Source of the DNA: an uncultured Spirochaetota bacterium | GTDB taxonomy: Bacteria; Spirochaetota; Spirochaetia; SZUA-6; Fen-1364 | Reading direction: 5' to 3' | DNA length: 64,000 nt | NCBI GenBank assembly: GCA_963820525.1 | Contig: CAWGAA010000001.1 | Location: forward strand, 544,001-608,000 | Part shown: in pieces, positions 49,452 through 59,869 of the stretch | Numbering within the stretch: the first letter of the stretch is position 1 | How the letters are laid out: every line of letters begins with the position of its first letter | The notes under the pieces: generated by a model | The model's input: the letters and a program-made list of their open reading frames with translations, nothing else | Told to the model about the DNA's origin: nothing | Database searches by the model: none | Program-made: the position numbers and the translations under genes

Positions 49452-49928
49452 TCATTGCGCGGAGAGCTCTTCTCCGCCGTGCTCGCCGGAGGAGATGACC
49501 GCGGCTCTGCCGCCCGCGAAGATCCCCTCCAGATCGAGAATGAAAAAGACGCTGTCGGCTCGCCGCGCAGCGCCGCAGAGCAGCGCGGGACTCACCCCGG
49601 GGAGCGTCACCCTCTCGGGGTCGAGGGATTCCTCCTCGAGCTCGAGGACCTCCCGCACCTCGTCCACGAGCAGCCCGTAGGCCCGCTTGCCGAACTGGAC
49701 CACCACGATGCGGCTCTTCCGCCGCCCTCCCTCCTCGGGCAGCCCGAGACGCGCCCGCAGGTCCACGACGGGAATCACTTCCCCCCGCAGGCTGATGACC
49801 CCCTTCACGAAGTGCTCCGCCCGGGGCGCAGGCAGGATGCTCTGCTGCCTGAATATTTGAAGCACGTTGTCCACGGGCACGCAATAGCCGGCGCTGCCCA
49901 GGAAAAACGAGACAAAGAGCCTGCCCAC
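49452..49928 (-). CDS. cheW: Chemotaxis adaptor CheW
   Basis: GVISLRGEVIPVVDLR.RLG, GLLVDEV. Confidence 0.92.
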   Translation of the reverse strand: MGRLFVSFFLGSAGYCVPVDNVLQIFRQQSILPAPRAEHFVKGVISLRGEVIPVVDLRARLGLPEEGGRRKSRIVVVQFGKRAYGLLVDEVREVLELEEESLDPERVTLPGVSPALLCGAARRADSVFFILDLEGIFAGGRAAVISSGEHGGEELSAQ

Positions 49929-49958
49929 CAGCCTACCTCGCGTGCAAGAACGCCGCGC

Positions 49959-50516
49959 TCATGCCGATCCCTTTCTCCGCTCCAGGGAGATGATGAGCTC
50001 CACCTCTCCCAGGGGAGCTCCCACCCGGGATGCTATCAGGGAAGCCGAGAAGCCGGCCCGATGCAGGGCAATGACCTGCTGCCTGACGTCGAGGGCCTCA
50101 GTCCTGCCCGCCCCCATGAAATCCGGCTCCCCGGGCGCCTCGGGGGCGGTCCGCGCCTTGGCCTCAGGCCGCGCGGGGGCCCCCGGCCGGGATGGAGCCT
50201 CCGGCCGCGAGTCGATGATCCTGCCGTAGACCTGAGCCCCCATGTCGTGCTTCTCGCTCTCCCTCCGCAACAGGCCCATTTTCTTGTCCGCCTTCGACAG
50301 GAGCTCGGCAAGGCCGGCTATCCGATCCTCCAGGAGCGCCACGTTCCTGTCCGCGGTCTGGTTCAGCTCGACAATAAGCCGGTTCACCTCTTCGCGCACC
50401 TCGCTCACCGCCGCTTGCGCCGAGGAGGCTCGCCTCACCTTCTCCCTGAGGAGGAGGTACACGACGAGGTAGCCGATGAGGTTGACGGCAATGAGAACGA
50501 GGAGCGTCGTTACCAT
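49959..50516 (-). CDS. Membrane-anchored coiled-coil protein with C-terminal HTH-like motif (SwrB/DUF6115-like)
   Basis: N-terminal TM, coiled coil, C-terminal GFSASLIASRVGAPLGEVELII. Confidence 0.7.
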   Translation of the reverse strand: MVTTLLVLIAVNLIGYLVVYLLLREKVRRASSAQAAVSEVREEVNRLIVELNQTADRNVALLEDRIAGLAELLSKADKKMGLLRRESEKHDMGAQVYGRIIDSRPEAPSRPGAPARPEAKARTAPEAPGEPDFMGAGRTEALDVRQQVIALHRAGFSASLIASRVGAPLGEVELIISLERRKGSA

Positions 50517-50518
50517 GG

Positions 50519-50839
50519 TCAGCCGGAGATATCGATGCGCGAGCCGAGATTCGGATCCCGGAAAACGTCTTTCTTCTGGGCCGGGGACTTCTTCTCCTTC
50601 GCGGAAGCCTTCCGCCTGCCCTGCCTTTCCCTTCGACCCTTCTGGCGAACCTGTTCCGGCCCCTCCTCCTGACGCGCCGTCTCGTTCACCTTGTTGTCCT
50701 GCTCATCGGTCTTTCGGGCGATCTGCGAGCCCTGGCCCGCCTGCGAGCTGGCGATGAGCTCCTTCTGCACGGACTGCTCCTTGCCCACCTGATACTGCTG
50801 CGTGAAGAGGGTCTGCAGGTCGATGGGGAGAAGCGGCAT
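50519..50839 (-). CDS. Hypothetical flagellar-operon protein
   Basis: PIDLQ N-terminus, charged linker, DPNLG..IDISG C-terminus; packed in the operon. Confidence 0.7.
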   Translation of the reverse strand: MPLLPIDLQTLFTQQYQVGKEQSVQKELIASSQAGQGSQIARKTDEQDNKVNETARQEEGPEQVRQKGRRERQGRRKASAKEKKSPAQKKDVFRDPNLGSRIDISG

Positions 50840-50842
50840 GTG

Positions 50843-52792
50843 CTACTTCCTCCGCAGCAGGGCTTCGTCGAAGGCCTCATACTTGGTCACCTTCACGTCT
50901 CCTCCCTGCAGGAAGAACGTCACGAACTTGAACTCGGTGCGCACGGCGAGGGAAGCGCTCTTGATGGAGATCCTCACCCCGGGGTAGACCCTCTCGGAAG
51001 CCGATATCTTTCCGATGGTGGTGAGAGAGCTTAAGTAGGAGTTGATCTGCCCGATCTCCTTGGTCGTCTCTTCGAGCTGGCCCAGCATCTGGGACCGCTT
51101 CTCGTTCTGCTCCTTCAGGTACTGGGCCTTTTCCGGCGGGAGCTTCCGCTGGACGCGCAGGATGTTCTCCAGGGTCTTGATGTTGAGCTCCACCTCCTCC
51201 AGCGTCTTCTCGATCGCCCTCTTGGTGGCATCGAGCTGGGCGAGCCGCTCCTTGCTCTTCGGATCGAACCCCACTTCCAGGAGGGTCTCGGTGCCGGCCA
51301 CCGAGCCGAGGATCTTCGAGTTGACCTCCTCCGAGGCGCGAAGCCTTCCCCCGACTATCTGGGCGCGCTTGCCTTGGCAGAGGATCATCTTGTTGGCGTC
51401 CACGATCGAGTGGATGATCCCGTCCGTGACGACGACGTTCACCCCCGCCTCGACGTGGGCATGCTCGATGAACTTCGAATAGAGGCTCTTTCCGCAGCGC
51501 ACCCGGCCTTCGGTTTTCGCGGCGATGCCCTGGTGCACGACGATGTCGCCCTCGGCGTCAAGGACGCACTTGCCGACGCTTCCGTAGATCTCGATGTTGC
51601 CCGCCGCCTTGACCGAAAAGCCGTCCTCCACGTTGCCCTTGACGATCACCGTCCCCAGGAACAGCACATTGCCCGTATGGAGATTCACGTCCCCGCTTAT
51701 CGTGTAGATGGGCTCGACGTTGATCTTTCCCGCGAGGAGGAGCACCTGCCCGTTGATCTCGGCAATGGCGGTCATACCGTCTTCCGAGAGCTTCACGTTC
51801 TTGCCGATGACCAGCTCGCAGTCCTTGCCCTTCTCTGCAGGGATGGATTTTCCGGTAACGGTCTGGCCCATCTGTCCCTGCTCCGCCGGCACTTTTCGCG
51901 CCAGAAGCTGTCCGGCCACGACGTTCTCGATCGTGCTGATGTCCTTGAAGTCGACCCTGCCGTCCTTCTCCTTCAGCTTCACGGCGTTCTTCTCGTCGTG
52001 CGTGAAGAGGTAGCTGATCTTGGCGTTCTGTCCGTCGCGCGCCTTGATTCCCTCGGCGACCACGATGGGCCTGCCGTAGCGGGGTGAGCTCTCCAGCACG
52101 GAAAGCACATCCGCCTTCACCCCGAAGACCACGCCATTTGCCTGGAGGAAGCTCTTGAGGTATTCCGAGGTGAGATCGGTGCCCCCCGGTCCCGGCTCGG
52201 TCATCACCACGATGGCCTTCATCTCTCCATCCGTGACATCGAGCGATACGGTGGCGTCATTCGCGGGATTATAGCGGACGTCGGCGACTCTGACGTACTC
52301 CTCGTCCGCGTGCTTGACGGCCCTGGCAACGATCGAGGGATCGAAGTTCGATATCCCGCGGAGCGAGAGCTTCTCCAGCGCCATGATCTCCGTGGCGCGC
52401 GGTGCTTTGCCCTTGGGCCTGCTCACCTTGATGAAGGCACCGTCCGAGCTGATGCGGACGAAGACCTCTCCCGGCGCCTCCTCCTGTTTCGACAGCTGGG
52501 GCCCCGCGAACGCCGCGAACACCCCTTCCTGCTTGGAAATTCCTGGCGAGGCGATCTCCTGGGACTTCTCGTAGACCGAAAGCGTCCAGGGCGTTCTTCC
52601 CATCCCCAGGGGTCCCGAGCCGCCCTTCGCCATGACCTCGTACTCCAACCTCTTGATGGGAATGCCGAGCTCAATGGACGCCCTTTTCAGCGCCTCCTGA
52701 ACGCTCGCCGCCGTCACCTTGATGGTTCGATTGCGCTTGTCCTCTTCGGACTGTTTGCGCATGTACTCCCGCAGCTCGCTCAGGCTGATCAT
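50843..52792 (-). CDS. FapA (DUF342) family flagellar assembly protein with N-terminal Jag_N-like domain
   Basis: VDFKD...NV..GQLLA, GQTVTG, beta-helix GDV..TGNV.F.G.V.V.GNV.DGF; coiled coil. Confidence 0.85.
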   Translation of the reverse strand: MISLSELREYMRKQSEEDKRNRTIKVTAASVQEALKRASIELGIPIKRLEYEVMAKGGSGPLGMGRTPWTLSVYEKSQEIASPGISKQEGVFAAFAGPQLSKQEEAPGEVFVRISSDGAFIKVSRPKGKAPRATEIMALEKLSLRGISNFDPSIVARAVKHADEEYVRVADVRYNPANDATVSLDVTDGEMKAIVVMTEPGPGGTDLTSEYLKSFLQANGVVFGVKADVLSVLESSPRYGRPIVVAEGIKARDGQNAKISYLFTHDEKNAVKLKEKDGRVDFKDISTIENVVAGQLLARKVPAEQGQMGQTVTGKSIPAEKGKDCELVIGKNVKLSEDGMTAIAEINGQVLLLAGKINVEPIYTISGDVNLHTGNVLFLGTVIVKGNVEDGFSVKAAGNIEIYGSVGKCVLDAEGDIVVHQGIAAKTEGRVRCGKSLYSKFIEHAHVEAGVNVVVTDGIIHSIVDANKMILCQGKRAQIVGGRLRASEEVNSKILGSVAGTETLLEVGFDPKSKERLAQLDATKRAIEKTLEEVELNIKTLENILRVQRKLPPEKAQYLKEQNEKRSQMLGQLEETTKEIGQINSYLSSLTTIGKISASERVYPGVRISIKSASLAVRTEFKFVTFFLQGGDVKVTKYEAFDEALLRRK

Positions 52793-52802
52793 CTCCGGCT
52801 CC

Positions 52803-53591
52803 CTACACGATGCCTCTCTTGAAGCTGGTAAGCTTGGCCCGCAGGCGCATGATCGCCTTGGTATGGAGCTGGGACACGCGGGACTCCGTCACCTCGAGGA
52901 CCTCCCCGATCTCCTTGAGGGTCAGGTCTTCATAGTAGTAGAGCACAAGGACCTTCTTCTCCTTTTCGGGAAGCTCCTTGATGGCGGCGACGATGACTCT
53001 CTTGATCTCCTCCTTCTCGACGATGGTGTCGGGATTGAGGCTGCCGGGGCTCTCGATGCTATCCGCGATGGAGATCTTGTCGTTGTCCTCCCCCGTATAC
53101 CAGATATCGTGGAGGGAGAGCATGGAAGTGCCGCTTATCTTGAGCATCATCTGCTGGAAATCCTTGATCTCCATGGCCATGGAGGAGGCGATCTCTTCAT
53201 CGGAAGCCGAGCGGCCGAGGGATGCTTCGAGGTGCCGCACCGCGTCCTCCACCTCGCGGGCCTTCTGGCGCACGGAGCGGGGAACCCAGTCTATCGTTCG
53301 AAGCTCGTCGAAAATGGCGCCCCGGATCCTCGTCACGGCGTACGTCTTGAACTTCACGTGCTTCCCGGGGTCGAACTTGTCGATGGCGTCGAAGAGACCG
53401 AAGACTCCGAAGCCCACCAGATCGTCGAACTCCACGTTCTGCGGCATCCCGAGGGCAACCTTGCCAGCCACGTACTTCACAAGGGGGGCATACTGCCTCA
53501 CGAAAAAGTCGCGGATCTTCTGATCCTTGTTCCGGCGGTACAGCTTCCACAATTCGTCTTCGGATTTCCCGTTCCAGTGGCTGTCGCCCAT
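52803..53591 (-). CDS. fliA: RNA polymerase sigma-28 (FliA/WhiG)
   Basis: [52 protein letters not shown]. Confidence 0.96.
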   Translation of the reverse strand: MGDSHWNGKSEDELWKLYRRNKDQKIRDFFVRQYAPLVKYVAGKVALGMPQNVEFDDLVGFGVFGLFDAIDKFDPGKHVKFKTYAVTRIRGAIFDELRTIDWVPRSVRQKAREVEDAVRHLEASLGRSASDEEIASSMAMEIKDFQQMMLKISGTSMLSLHDIWYTGEDNDKISIADSIESPGSLNPDTIVEKEEIKRVIVAAIKELPEKEKKVLVLYYYEDLTLKEIGEVLEVTESRVSQLHTKAIMRLRAKLTSFKRGIV

Positions 53592-53598
53592 AGGCCCC

Positions 53599-54360
53599 CT
53601 ATCCTTTTTCGTCCCGCTTCAGCACGGTCCGGATTGCTTTTGCGAGCGTTTCGGGATCCTCGTCTCCGATGAACCCGCCCGGGACATCCTCTGGCCTTCT
53701 GATGCGCGAGCTTTCGCTCGCACGGGGCGCTGGGCCGCTCTCCGCCGCCGCGGCGCCCTTCGCGCCCGGAATGACTTCCAGGTCCCCGATGTCGGGGAGG
53801 CTGTCGAGCGTATCTATTCCCTCGTCGCCCCGGCGCCGGCCGGCTGCCTCTCCCTGCCCCTGCGGCTGGAAGAGAGGCTCCGTCTCGTCGCCGAGAGACG
53901 ACTGCGATCCGGCTGCGTCTCCCGCCGCATCGATGTCGGACGTGAACTCCTCGGCGCTTCCCGCGCTCGGGGACAGCTCCTCCACCTCCTCGACGGACTC
54001 GGCCTCCTGAACGCCGGATTCGTCGGAGACGGCTTCTTCCACCGATTCGGCCTCCTCGACGTCCGCGCTGAGATTCGCGGGGTTTTCCTCGGGGAGCACG
54101 ATGTCGATTGTATGTTTCGCGGCCCCCGCCTCCACGGACGAATCGACGGCCCCCTTGCCGGCCAGCTCGGGAAGATACCTCGTCACAACGAAGGCGACCC
54201 CCGCACCCAGGAGCGCGAAAACAACGGCGAGCATGAGAGCGCGAAGCAGGACGATCCCGAAGGGGTTGCCGGAAAAGAGCCCCACAATAAGCGACAGAAT
54301 GAACGCTGCGACGGCGAAAATCGCGGCGATCCTGCCGTATTCCCGAACGAAGTCCTTCAC
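53599..54360 (-). CDS. Hypothetical membrane protein, 2 TM + acidic disordered linker
   Basis: GTG behind GGAGG; promoter TTGACT-N17-TACTCT at 54382-54410. Confidence 0.75.
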   Translation of the reverse strand: MKDFVREYGRIAAIFAVAAFILSLIVGLFSGNPFGIVLLRALMLAVVFALLGAGVAFVVTRYLPELAGKGAVDSSVEAGAAKHTIDIVLPEENPANLSADVEEAESVEEAVSDESGVQEAESVEEVEELSPSAGSAEEFTSDIDAAGDAAGSQSSLGDETEPLFQPQGQGEAAGRRRGDEGIDTLDSLPDIGDLEVIPGAKGAAAAESGPAPRASESSRIRRPEDVPGGFIGDEDPETLAKAIRTVLKRDEKG

Positions 54361-54475
54361 CGGACTCACCCTCCCAAGCAGAGAGTAGGGCAAAAGGAAA
54401 GGATAGTCAACAATGATACGCCCCTTCGGGACGGGGCGGGCGGCGTTGCGTCGGCGGCGGTGCGCGGCTTTCGAA

Positions 54476-55345
54476 TCACCCCCCGAAGAGCTTCTTCAAG
54501 AACAGGGGAATGCCTTTGCCGTCACGGTAGTCCACTTTTTCGAGCCTGCCGACGAGGTGGCGGATGCACAGGGAGGCCTTGGACTTGGGGTCCAGGACGA
54601 GGAACGGCTTCTGGCGGACAACGGATGTGTGCACCACGGCGTCATCGTAGACGAAACCGAGATAGTCCACCTTGAGGTTGAGGAACTGTCCCGCGATGTT
54701 GACCACCCTCTCGGCAACGCGTTTTCCCTCGACCACGGATTTCACCCGGTTCACCACGAGCTTCAGCCCAAGGTCGAGGTTCTCGACCTCCGTCGCGATG
54801 ATCTTGATGAGCCCGTAGGCGTCCGTTATGGCCGTCGGCTCCGGGGTGGTGACGATGAGCGCGTCGTCCGCCGCCGCGATGAAGGAGATGACGTTGTTGG
54901 ACACCCCGGCGCTGCAGTCGATGATGATGATGTCGGAGCTGGACAGGGCCGACAGCTCCGCGATGAAGGTTCCCCTCTCCTCCTCCGTCAGGTTGGCGAT
55001 CTTGGAGAACCCCGAGGCCCCGGCGATGATCCTGATCCCGTAGGCCGTGTCCACGATGATCTCGTTCAGCGTCTTCTGCTTCCTGATCAGATGGTAGAGG
55101 TTGTAGCGAGGGATCACCCCCAGCACCACGTTCACGTTGGCGAGGCCGAGATCCGCGTCCATCACGGTGACCCGCTTTCCCAGCTGTGCGTAGGCGAGGG
55201 CCAGGTTGATGGCGATATTCGTCTTGCCCACCCCTCCCTTGCCGCTGGAGACGGCGATGATCCGCGTCGCTTTCCTACCGCCCTGGGAGGCCGACGGTTT
55301 TCGCCCCCCCATGAGCTCCCTCAATTTTTCAGCCTGGTCTGCCAT
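54476..55345 (-). CDS. flhG: Flagellar number regulator FlhG (MinD-like ATPase)
   Basis: [38 protein letters not shown]. Confidence 0.95.
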   Translation of the reverse strand: MADQAEKLRELMGGRKPSASQGGRKATRIIAVSSGKGGVGKTNIAINLALAYAQLGKRVTVMDADLGLANVNVVLGVIPRYNLYHLIRKQKTLNEIIVDTAYGIRIIAGASGFSKIANLTEEERGTFIAELSALSSSDIIIIDCSAGVSNNVISFIAAADDALIVTTPEPTAITDAYGLIKIIATEVENLDLGLKLVVNRVKSVVEGKRVAERVVNIAGQFLNLKVDYLGFVYDDAVVHTSVVRQKPFLVLDPKSKASLCIRHLVGRLEKVDYRDGKGIPLFLKKLFGG

Positions 55346-55381
55346 ATCACCCCTTGGGCGGGCCGCCCCGCCGCACCGCCC

Positions 55382-56560
55382 TCAACGTCCTCTCTGGACT
55401 GTACCGAATTTCTTCTCCAGAGTCTCCCGGTTGATCCGGAAGCCCTCCATGTTCATCAGGAGGCGCACCACCGTGGCCTGCTCGAGGTCCTGCGGCACGC
55501 CCTGCCCGTCGCAGACGTAGGAGACCGATTTCCTGTGCTTGGACAGGCTTGCGATGATGTTGCCGATTCTCATCGTCTCGTCGAGCTTGGTGAGGATCAC
55601 GGACCTGTAGCGGAACGGCTCGAACTGCTGGAGGATGTCCTCCGTATCGCTCGCCTTGGTGGTGGCCGCCACGGCCAGGTACACGGCGAGCTGGGTCCCG
55701 CAGCGGTCCAGGATCTCCTTCATCTCAGCCAGCTTGGCGAGGTCTCGCGGGCTCCGCCCGATGGTGTCCACCAGGATGAGGTCCGTGTCGACGGCAAGCG
55801 CCATGGCCTTCTGCAGCTCGGCGGCGCTCTCCACGAGGGATACGGGGATGCGCATGATCTCGGCGTACGTCTCGATCTGCTGCTTGGCCGCGATTCTATA
55901 GTTGTCTATCGTGATGATCCGCACGCGCCGGGGAGGCTCCGCGCCGCCGCCGATTCCGTAGATCGCGGCCAGCTTGGCTATCGTCGTGGTCTTGCCGACG
56001 CCCGTCGGGCCGACGATGGCCATCACCCGGGGGCCCTTTCCATCGAACTTCAGGGGAGTGTCGATGGCGATCTTCTCCCCGATCCACTCCACCACGGCGT
56101 TCTGGAAGGCGGGGTAGTTTTCCAGGGTCTCCAGGGAGAACTCCTTGCGCGCCTTCTGCCGCGTCTCCGTGATGAACTCCTCGGAGAACTCGTTCAGCTT
56201 CAGCAGGGCCTCCACCCTCTGCATCGAGGGGTGGATGTCTTCCGCCTTCGGGGCCTGGGACTGCCCCTTGAGGGTCTCGCGCAGGCCCTGGATCTCCTTC
56301 AGCAATACCTGGAGCGTCTGCTCCTTTCGGACCGTCTCGAGGATCTTCTTCTTCTCTTCCTCCACCTCGGCCTTTCTCCTGCGCGGGCCGTCCTCGGAGA
56401 TATAGCCGGTCACCTCGATGCCCTCGGAAGAGAAAAAGCCGAGAAACCCGCCCACGCGGACGCTCCTGTGCGTGAGGATGCGCGCGTCCTCTCCGTAGGT
56501 GGACTTCATCTTTTCGATCGCTTCCCGGTTCGACCGCCCCTGAATCGTGAAGTACTGCAT
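55382..56560 (-). CDS. flhF: Flagellar SRP-type GTPase FlhF
   Basis: GPTGVGKTTTIAKLAA, DNYRIAA, DTIGRS, TKLDE, GQ.VPQD. Confidence 0.95.
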   Translation of the reverse strand: MQYFTIQGRSNREAIEKMKSTYGEDARILTHRSVRVGGFLGFFSSEGIEVTGYISEDGPRRRKAEVEEEKKKILETVRKEQTLQVLLKEIQGLRETLKGQSQAPKAEDIHPSMQRVEALLKLNEFSEEFITETRQKARKEFSLETLENYPAFQNAVVEWIGEKIAIDTPLKFDGKGPRVMAIVGPTGVGKTTTIAKLAAIYGIGGGAEPPRRVRIITIDNYRIAAKQQIETYAEIMRIPVSLVESAAELQKAMALAVDTDLILVDTIGRSPRDLAKLAEMKEILDRCGTQLAVYLAVAATTKASDTEDILQQFEPFRYRSVILTKLDETMRIGNIIASLSKHRKSVSYVCDGQGVPQDLEQATVVRLLMNMEGFRINRETLEKKFGTVQRGR

Positions 56561-56575
56561 AACCTTTGAGCGCTC

Positions 56576-58660
56576 CTACCCTTCGATGCGGATTTCTCCC
56601 AGCGATTCGACAGTAATATCGGGAACCACCTCGAGGCTGGAGATGACTGCAAGATGGGGAGCTTCGCGCATCGTGCTTGACTTTACCAGGGGCCGCGCCG
56701 CCTCCGAACAGAGGATGACCTCGTGGTAGCCCTGCTCCTGCATGGACTTCACCGCGTTGGTGAGGGCCGTTATCCATTTGCGGTGCAGGGCGGGATCCAG
56801 CCCTGCCACGATTCCCCTGTTGGTCTCCACCCTCGACTCGATGATCTTTTTCTCGAGCCCGGGCTCTATCGTGAGAACGCGAAGGACCTTCTTCTCGTCA
56901 CAGTACTGGAGGCAGATCTGCCTGCCCAGCGCCTGGCGGACCTTTTCGATCAGGAAGCCGATGTCCTTGGTCACGGCCCCGTAATCCGCAAGGGTTTCCA
57001 GGATCACGACCATGTTTCGCACGGATACCCTCTCTTGGAGAAGCCCCTGGAGCACCTTCTGGATTTCCCCGACCGCGAGGGTCTTCCTCACCTCGTCCAC
57101 AACTGCCGGGTAATCGTTTTTCAGCGTGTCCAGGATGGCCTGGACCTCCTGCCTGCCCAGGATATCTGCCGCGTAGCGCTTGATGATCTCGGTGAGGTGC
57201 GTTGCGACGATGGAAGGGGGGTCAACGACGGTGTATCCCAGCCGCTCGGCGCGCTCCTTCTCTTCATCCGAGATCCAGAAGGCGGGAAGACCGAAGGCGG
57301 GATCCTTTGTCGGCTCGCCGGCCACCTCCTCCGTCGCCTTCCCCGGCTGGATGGCGAGGTAGTGGCCCATCTTGATCTTGCCCCGGCCCACCTCGACCCC
57401 CCGGATCTTGAAGCAGTACTCCGATGGCTCCAGGCGCATGTTGTCGATGATCCTGATGCGGGGAACCACGAGGCCCAGCTCGAGGGCGGATTCCCGCCTG
57501 ATGCGCGTTATGCGGTCGAGAAGCTCGGCTCCCTGCTCCTTGTCCACCAGCGGAATGAGACCGTAGCCGATCTCCAGGGACAGCGGGTCGAGGGGCACCA
57601 CGGGGGAAATCTCCATCGGCGCCGCCTTCTCCCTCTCCGCCACCTCCTTCGCCTTCGTCTTCTCCTCTTCGGCGAGCTGGCGGCGCGTCAGCGTGAGCCC
57701 CAGGACGGTGATCAGTGCGCCCATGGGAATCAGCACGTACCAGGGAAAACCGGGCAGGAAGGAGAGAAGCGCAAGGAAGGCGCCGGCGATGAGGTAGGGC
57801 CGCGCCTGGCTGGAGAACTGCTTGGTGATGTCCTTGCCGAATGAGGAGTCGGAGATGGCGCGCGTGACGATGATGCCCGTCGCTGTGGAGATGAGCAGGG
57901 CGGGAAGCTGCGTGACCAGACCGTCCCCGATGGACAGGGAGATGTAGGTGTTGAAGGCGACGGGCCACGACTCGCCGTGGAGCGTCATCCCGATGATCAG
58001 TCCGCCCACGATCTGGACCACCGTGATGAGGATTCCCACCTTGACGTTTCCCGAAACGAACTTGGAGGCGCCGTCCATGGCGCCGTAGAAGTCGGCCTCC
58101 CTCTGGAGGTCGTTCTTCTTGCGCGTCGCCTCCTCCTCCGTGATCAGCCCGGAGTTGTACTCGGCCTCGATGGCCATCTGCTTGCCGGGCAGGGCGTCGA
58201 GGGTGAAGCGCGCCGCCACCTCGGCGATTCGGGTTGATCCCTTGGTGATGACGATGTACTGCACGGCGATGATGATGACGAAGATGATGAGCCCGACGAC
58301 GTATCCCTCCAGCCCCGCCTTGCCGACCACGAACGTGGCGAAGGCGCGCACGATGTGGCCGTTGAACTGGCTGCCCTTTACTAATATCAGCCGCGTGGAT
58401 GAGACGTTGATGGCAAGGCCGAAGACCGTTGCGATCAGAAGGAGGGTCGGGAAGACCGAGATCTCCAGGGCATGGCGGGTGTAGAGGACCATGAGGATGA
58501 TGAGCAGGGCGATCACGAGGTTGATCGTCATGAAGATGTCCAGGAGAACCGCGGGAAGGGGGATGAGCATCATCATCACGACGACGATGACGCCTACCGC
58601 GACGAATATGTCGCTCCTGTTCTGCCAGATGGATCCGGCGACTGTCCGCGCGTCAGCCAT
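56576..58660 (-). CDS. flhA: Flagellar export gate protein FlhA
   Basis: FPTLLL, RIAEVAARFTLDALPGKQMAI, FYGAMDGASKFV, LEIGYGLI. Confidence 0.97.
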   Translation of the reverse strand: MADARTVAGSIWQNRSDIFVAVGVIVVVMMMLIPLPAVLLDIFMTINLVIALLIILMVLYTRHALEISVFPTLLLIATVFGLAINVSSTRLILVKGSQFNGHIVRAFATFVVGKAGLEGYVVGLIIFVIIIAVQYIVITKGSTRIAEVAARFTLDALPGKQMAIEAEYNSGLITEEEATRKKNDLQREADFYGAMDGASKFVSGNVKVGILITVVQIVGGLIIGMTLHGESWPVAFNTYISLSIGDGLVTQLPALLISTATGIIVTRAISDSSFGKDITKQFSSQARPYLIAGAFLALLSFLPGFPWYVLIPMGALITVLGLTLTRRQLAEEEKTKAKEVAEREKAAPMEISPVVPLDPLSLEIGYGLIPLVDKEQGAELLDRITRIRRESALELGLVVPRIRIIDNMRLEPSEYCFKIRGVEVGRGKIKMGHYLAIQPGKATEEVAGEPTKDPAFGLPAFWISDEEKERAERLGYTVVDPPSIVATHLTEIIKRYAADILGRQEVQAILDTLKNDYPAVVDEVRKTLAVGEIQKVLQGLLQERVSVRNMVVILETLADYGAVTKDIGFLIEKVRQALGRQICLQYCDEKKVLRVLTIEPGLEKKIIESRVETNRGIVAGLDPALHRKWITALTNAVKSMQEQGYHEVILCSEAARPLVKSSTMREAPHLAVISSLEVVPDITVESLGEIRIEG

Positions 58661-58690
58661 ACAGCTTCACTCCTATCAATGCACGTCCAC

Positions 58691-59869
58691 TCATACCACG
58701 GCCTCCGCGCTCTTTCCGCTCATCTTGTACACCTCGGCGAGGATCGTGGAGATGACCTCGTAGTACTTCTCCGGAATCACGTCCCCGATCTCTACCTCCT
58801 TGTAGAGCGCCTGGGCAAGGGGCCTGTTCTCGATCACGGGCACGCGGTTCTCCGCCGCTATCTCCCTGATCTTCTGCGCGATGAGATCGGCGCCTTTGGC
58901 AACCACGGTGGGCGCCACCATGAGGGCGCGGTTGTATTCGAGGGCGATGGCGTAGTGGGTGGGGTTCGTGATGACGACGTCCGCCTTGGGCACCGCCTTC
59001 AGCATGTTTCGCCGCATGATCTCCCGCATGCGCTCCCGCAGCCTGCTCTTGGTGAGAGGGTCCCCCTCGTAGAGCTTCCGCTCCTCCTTGACCTCCTGCT
59101 TGGACATCTTGAGGCTTTCCATGTGCTGTCTTCTCTGGAAGAGGTAGTCGAAGAAGGAGAAGACCAGGAGGGCGATCGCCGCCTCCACGATGATGCGGAA
59201 CGCGATCTGGGAGATGACGGCGACGCTGGAGAAGAAGGGGGAAAGGACCAGGCGCGTGATGCGGGGAATCTCTCCCCGGATGTTGAGGTACGCAACCACG
59301 GCGATGATGGCAACCTTGACCATCGATTTTCCCAGGTTGAAGAGGGCCTCTGGGGACCCGAAGGACCTCTGGAGCCACCTGCCGAACCGCGGGATGATCC
59401 GGCTGAAATCGGGGGTGATGGGCTTCGCCGTGAAGAGAAAGCCGACCTGGATGACGTTGCCCAGCACCGCCGTGATGAAGAGAACCCCGAGAATCGGCGC
59501 GGACACCCGGGCAAAGAAGGTCAAGAGCACGGGCATGACCGCCGAGCCGGAGAACAGGTTGAGGCTTGTCGAGTTTGAGAGGAAATAGACCAGCATCTCG
59601 ATGCACGTCTTCAGGATCGAGCCGGAGAGGATGGCGATGGTGACGATCCCGACGATGAGCATGAGGGCGGCGGTCACCTCCGCGGATTTGGCGACCTTTC
59701 CCTCTTCCCGCGCCTTTCGGATCTTGTGCTCGGAGGGCTCCTCGGTCCTCCCCTCGTCTTCTGCCGCGAACCATTGGAGGTGCACGTCGAATGGCGTGAC
59801 GTGACCCGAGCGCGCCAATGGCGTCCATGCGGGCGGGAAGGCGAAAAAGGCGCCGAGGTTGTCCGTCAT
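58691..59869 (-). CDS. flhB: Flagellar export switch protein FlhB
   Basis: RTEEP..K.RKAREEG, KMSKQEVKEE, EGDP, NPTH autocleavage motif; ATGA overlap with fliR. Confidence 0.95.
   Translation of the reverse strand: MTDNLGAFFAFPPAWTPLARSGHVTPFDVHLQWFAAEDEGRTEEPSEHKIRKAREEGKVAKSAEVTAALMLIVGIVTIAILSGSILKTCIEMLVYFLSNSTSLNLFSGSAVMPVLLTFFARVSAPILGVLFITAVLGNVIQVGFLFTAKPITPDFSRIIPRFGRWLQRSFGSPEALFNLGKSMVKVAIIAVVAYLNIRGEIPRITRLVLSPFFSSVAVISQIAFRIIVEAAIALLVFSFFDYLFQRRQHMESLKMSKQEVKEERKLYEGDPLTKSRLRERMREIMRRNMLKAVPKADVVITNPTHYAIALEYNRALMVAPTVVAKGADLIAQKIREIAAENRVPVIENRPLAQALYKEVEIGDVIPEKYYEVISTILAEVYKMSGKSAEAVV

Noticed and set aside
49933..49962. 9-codon ORF between the SwrB-like gene and cheW as a read-through or frameshift signal
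   Set aside because: Out of frame with cheW, which has its own GTG and SD-like GAGG; likely chance.
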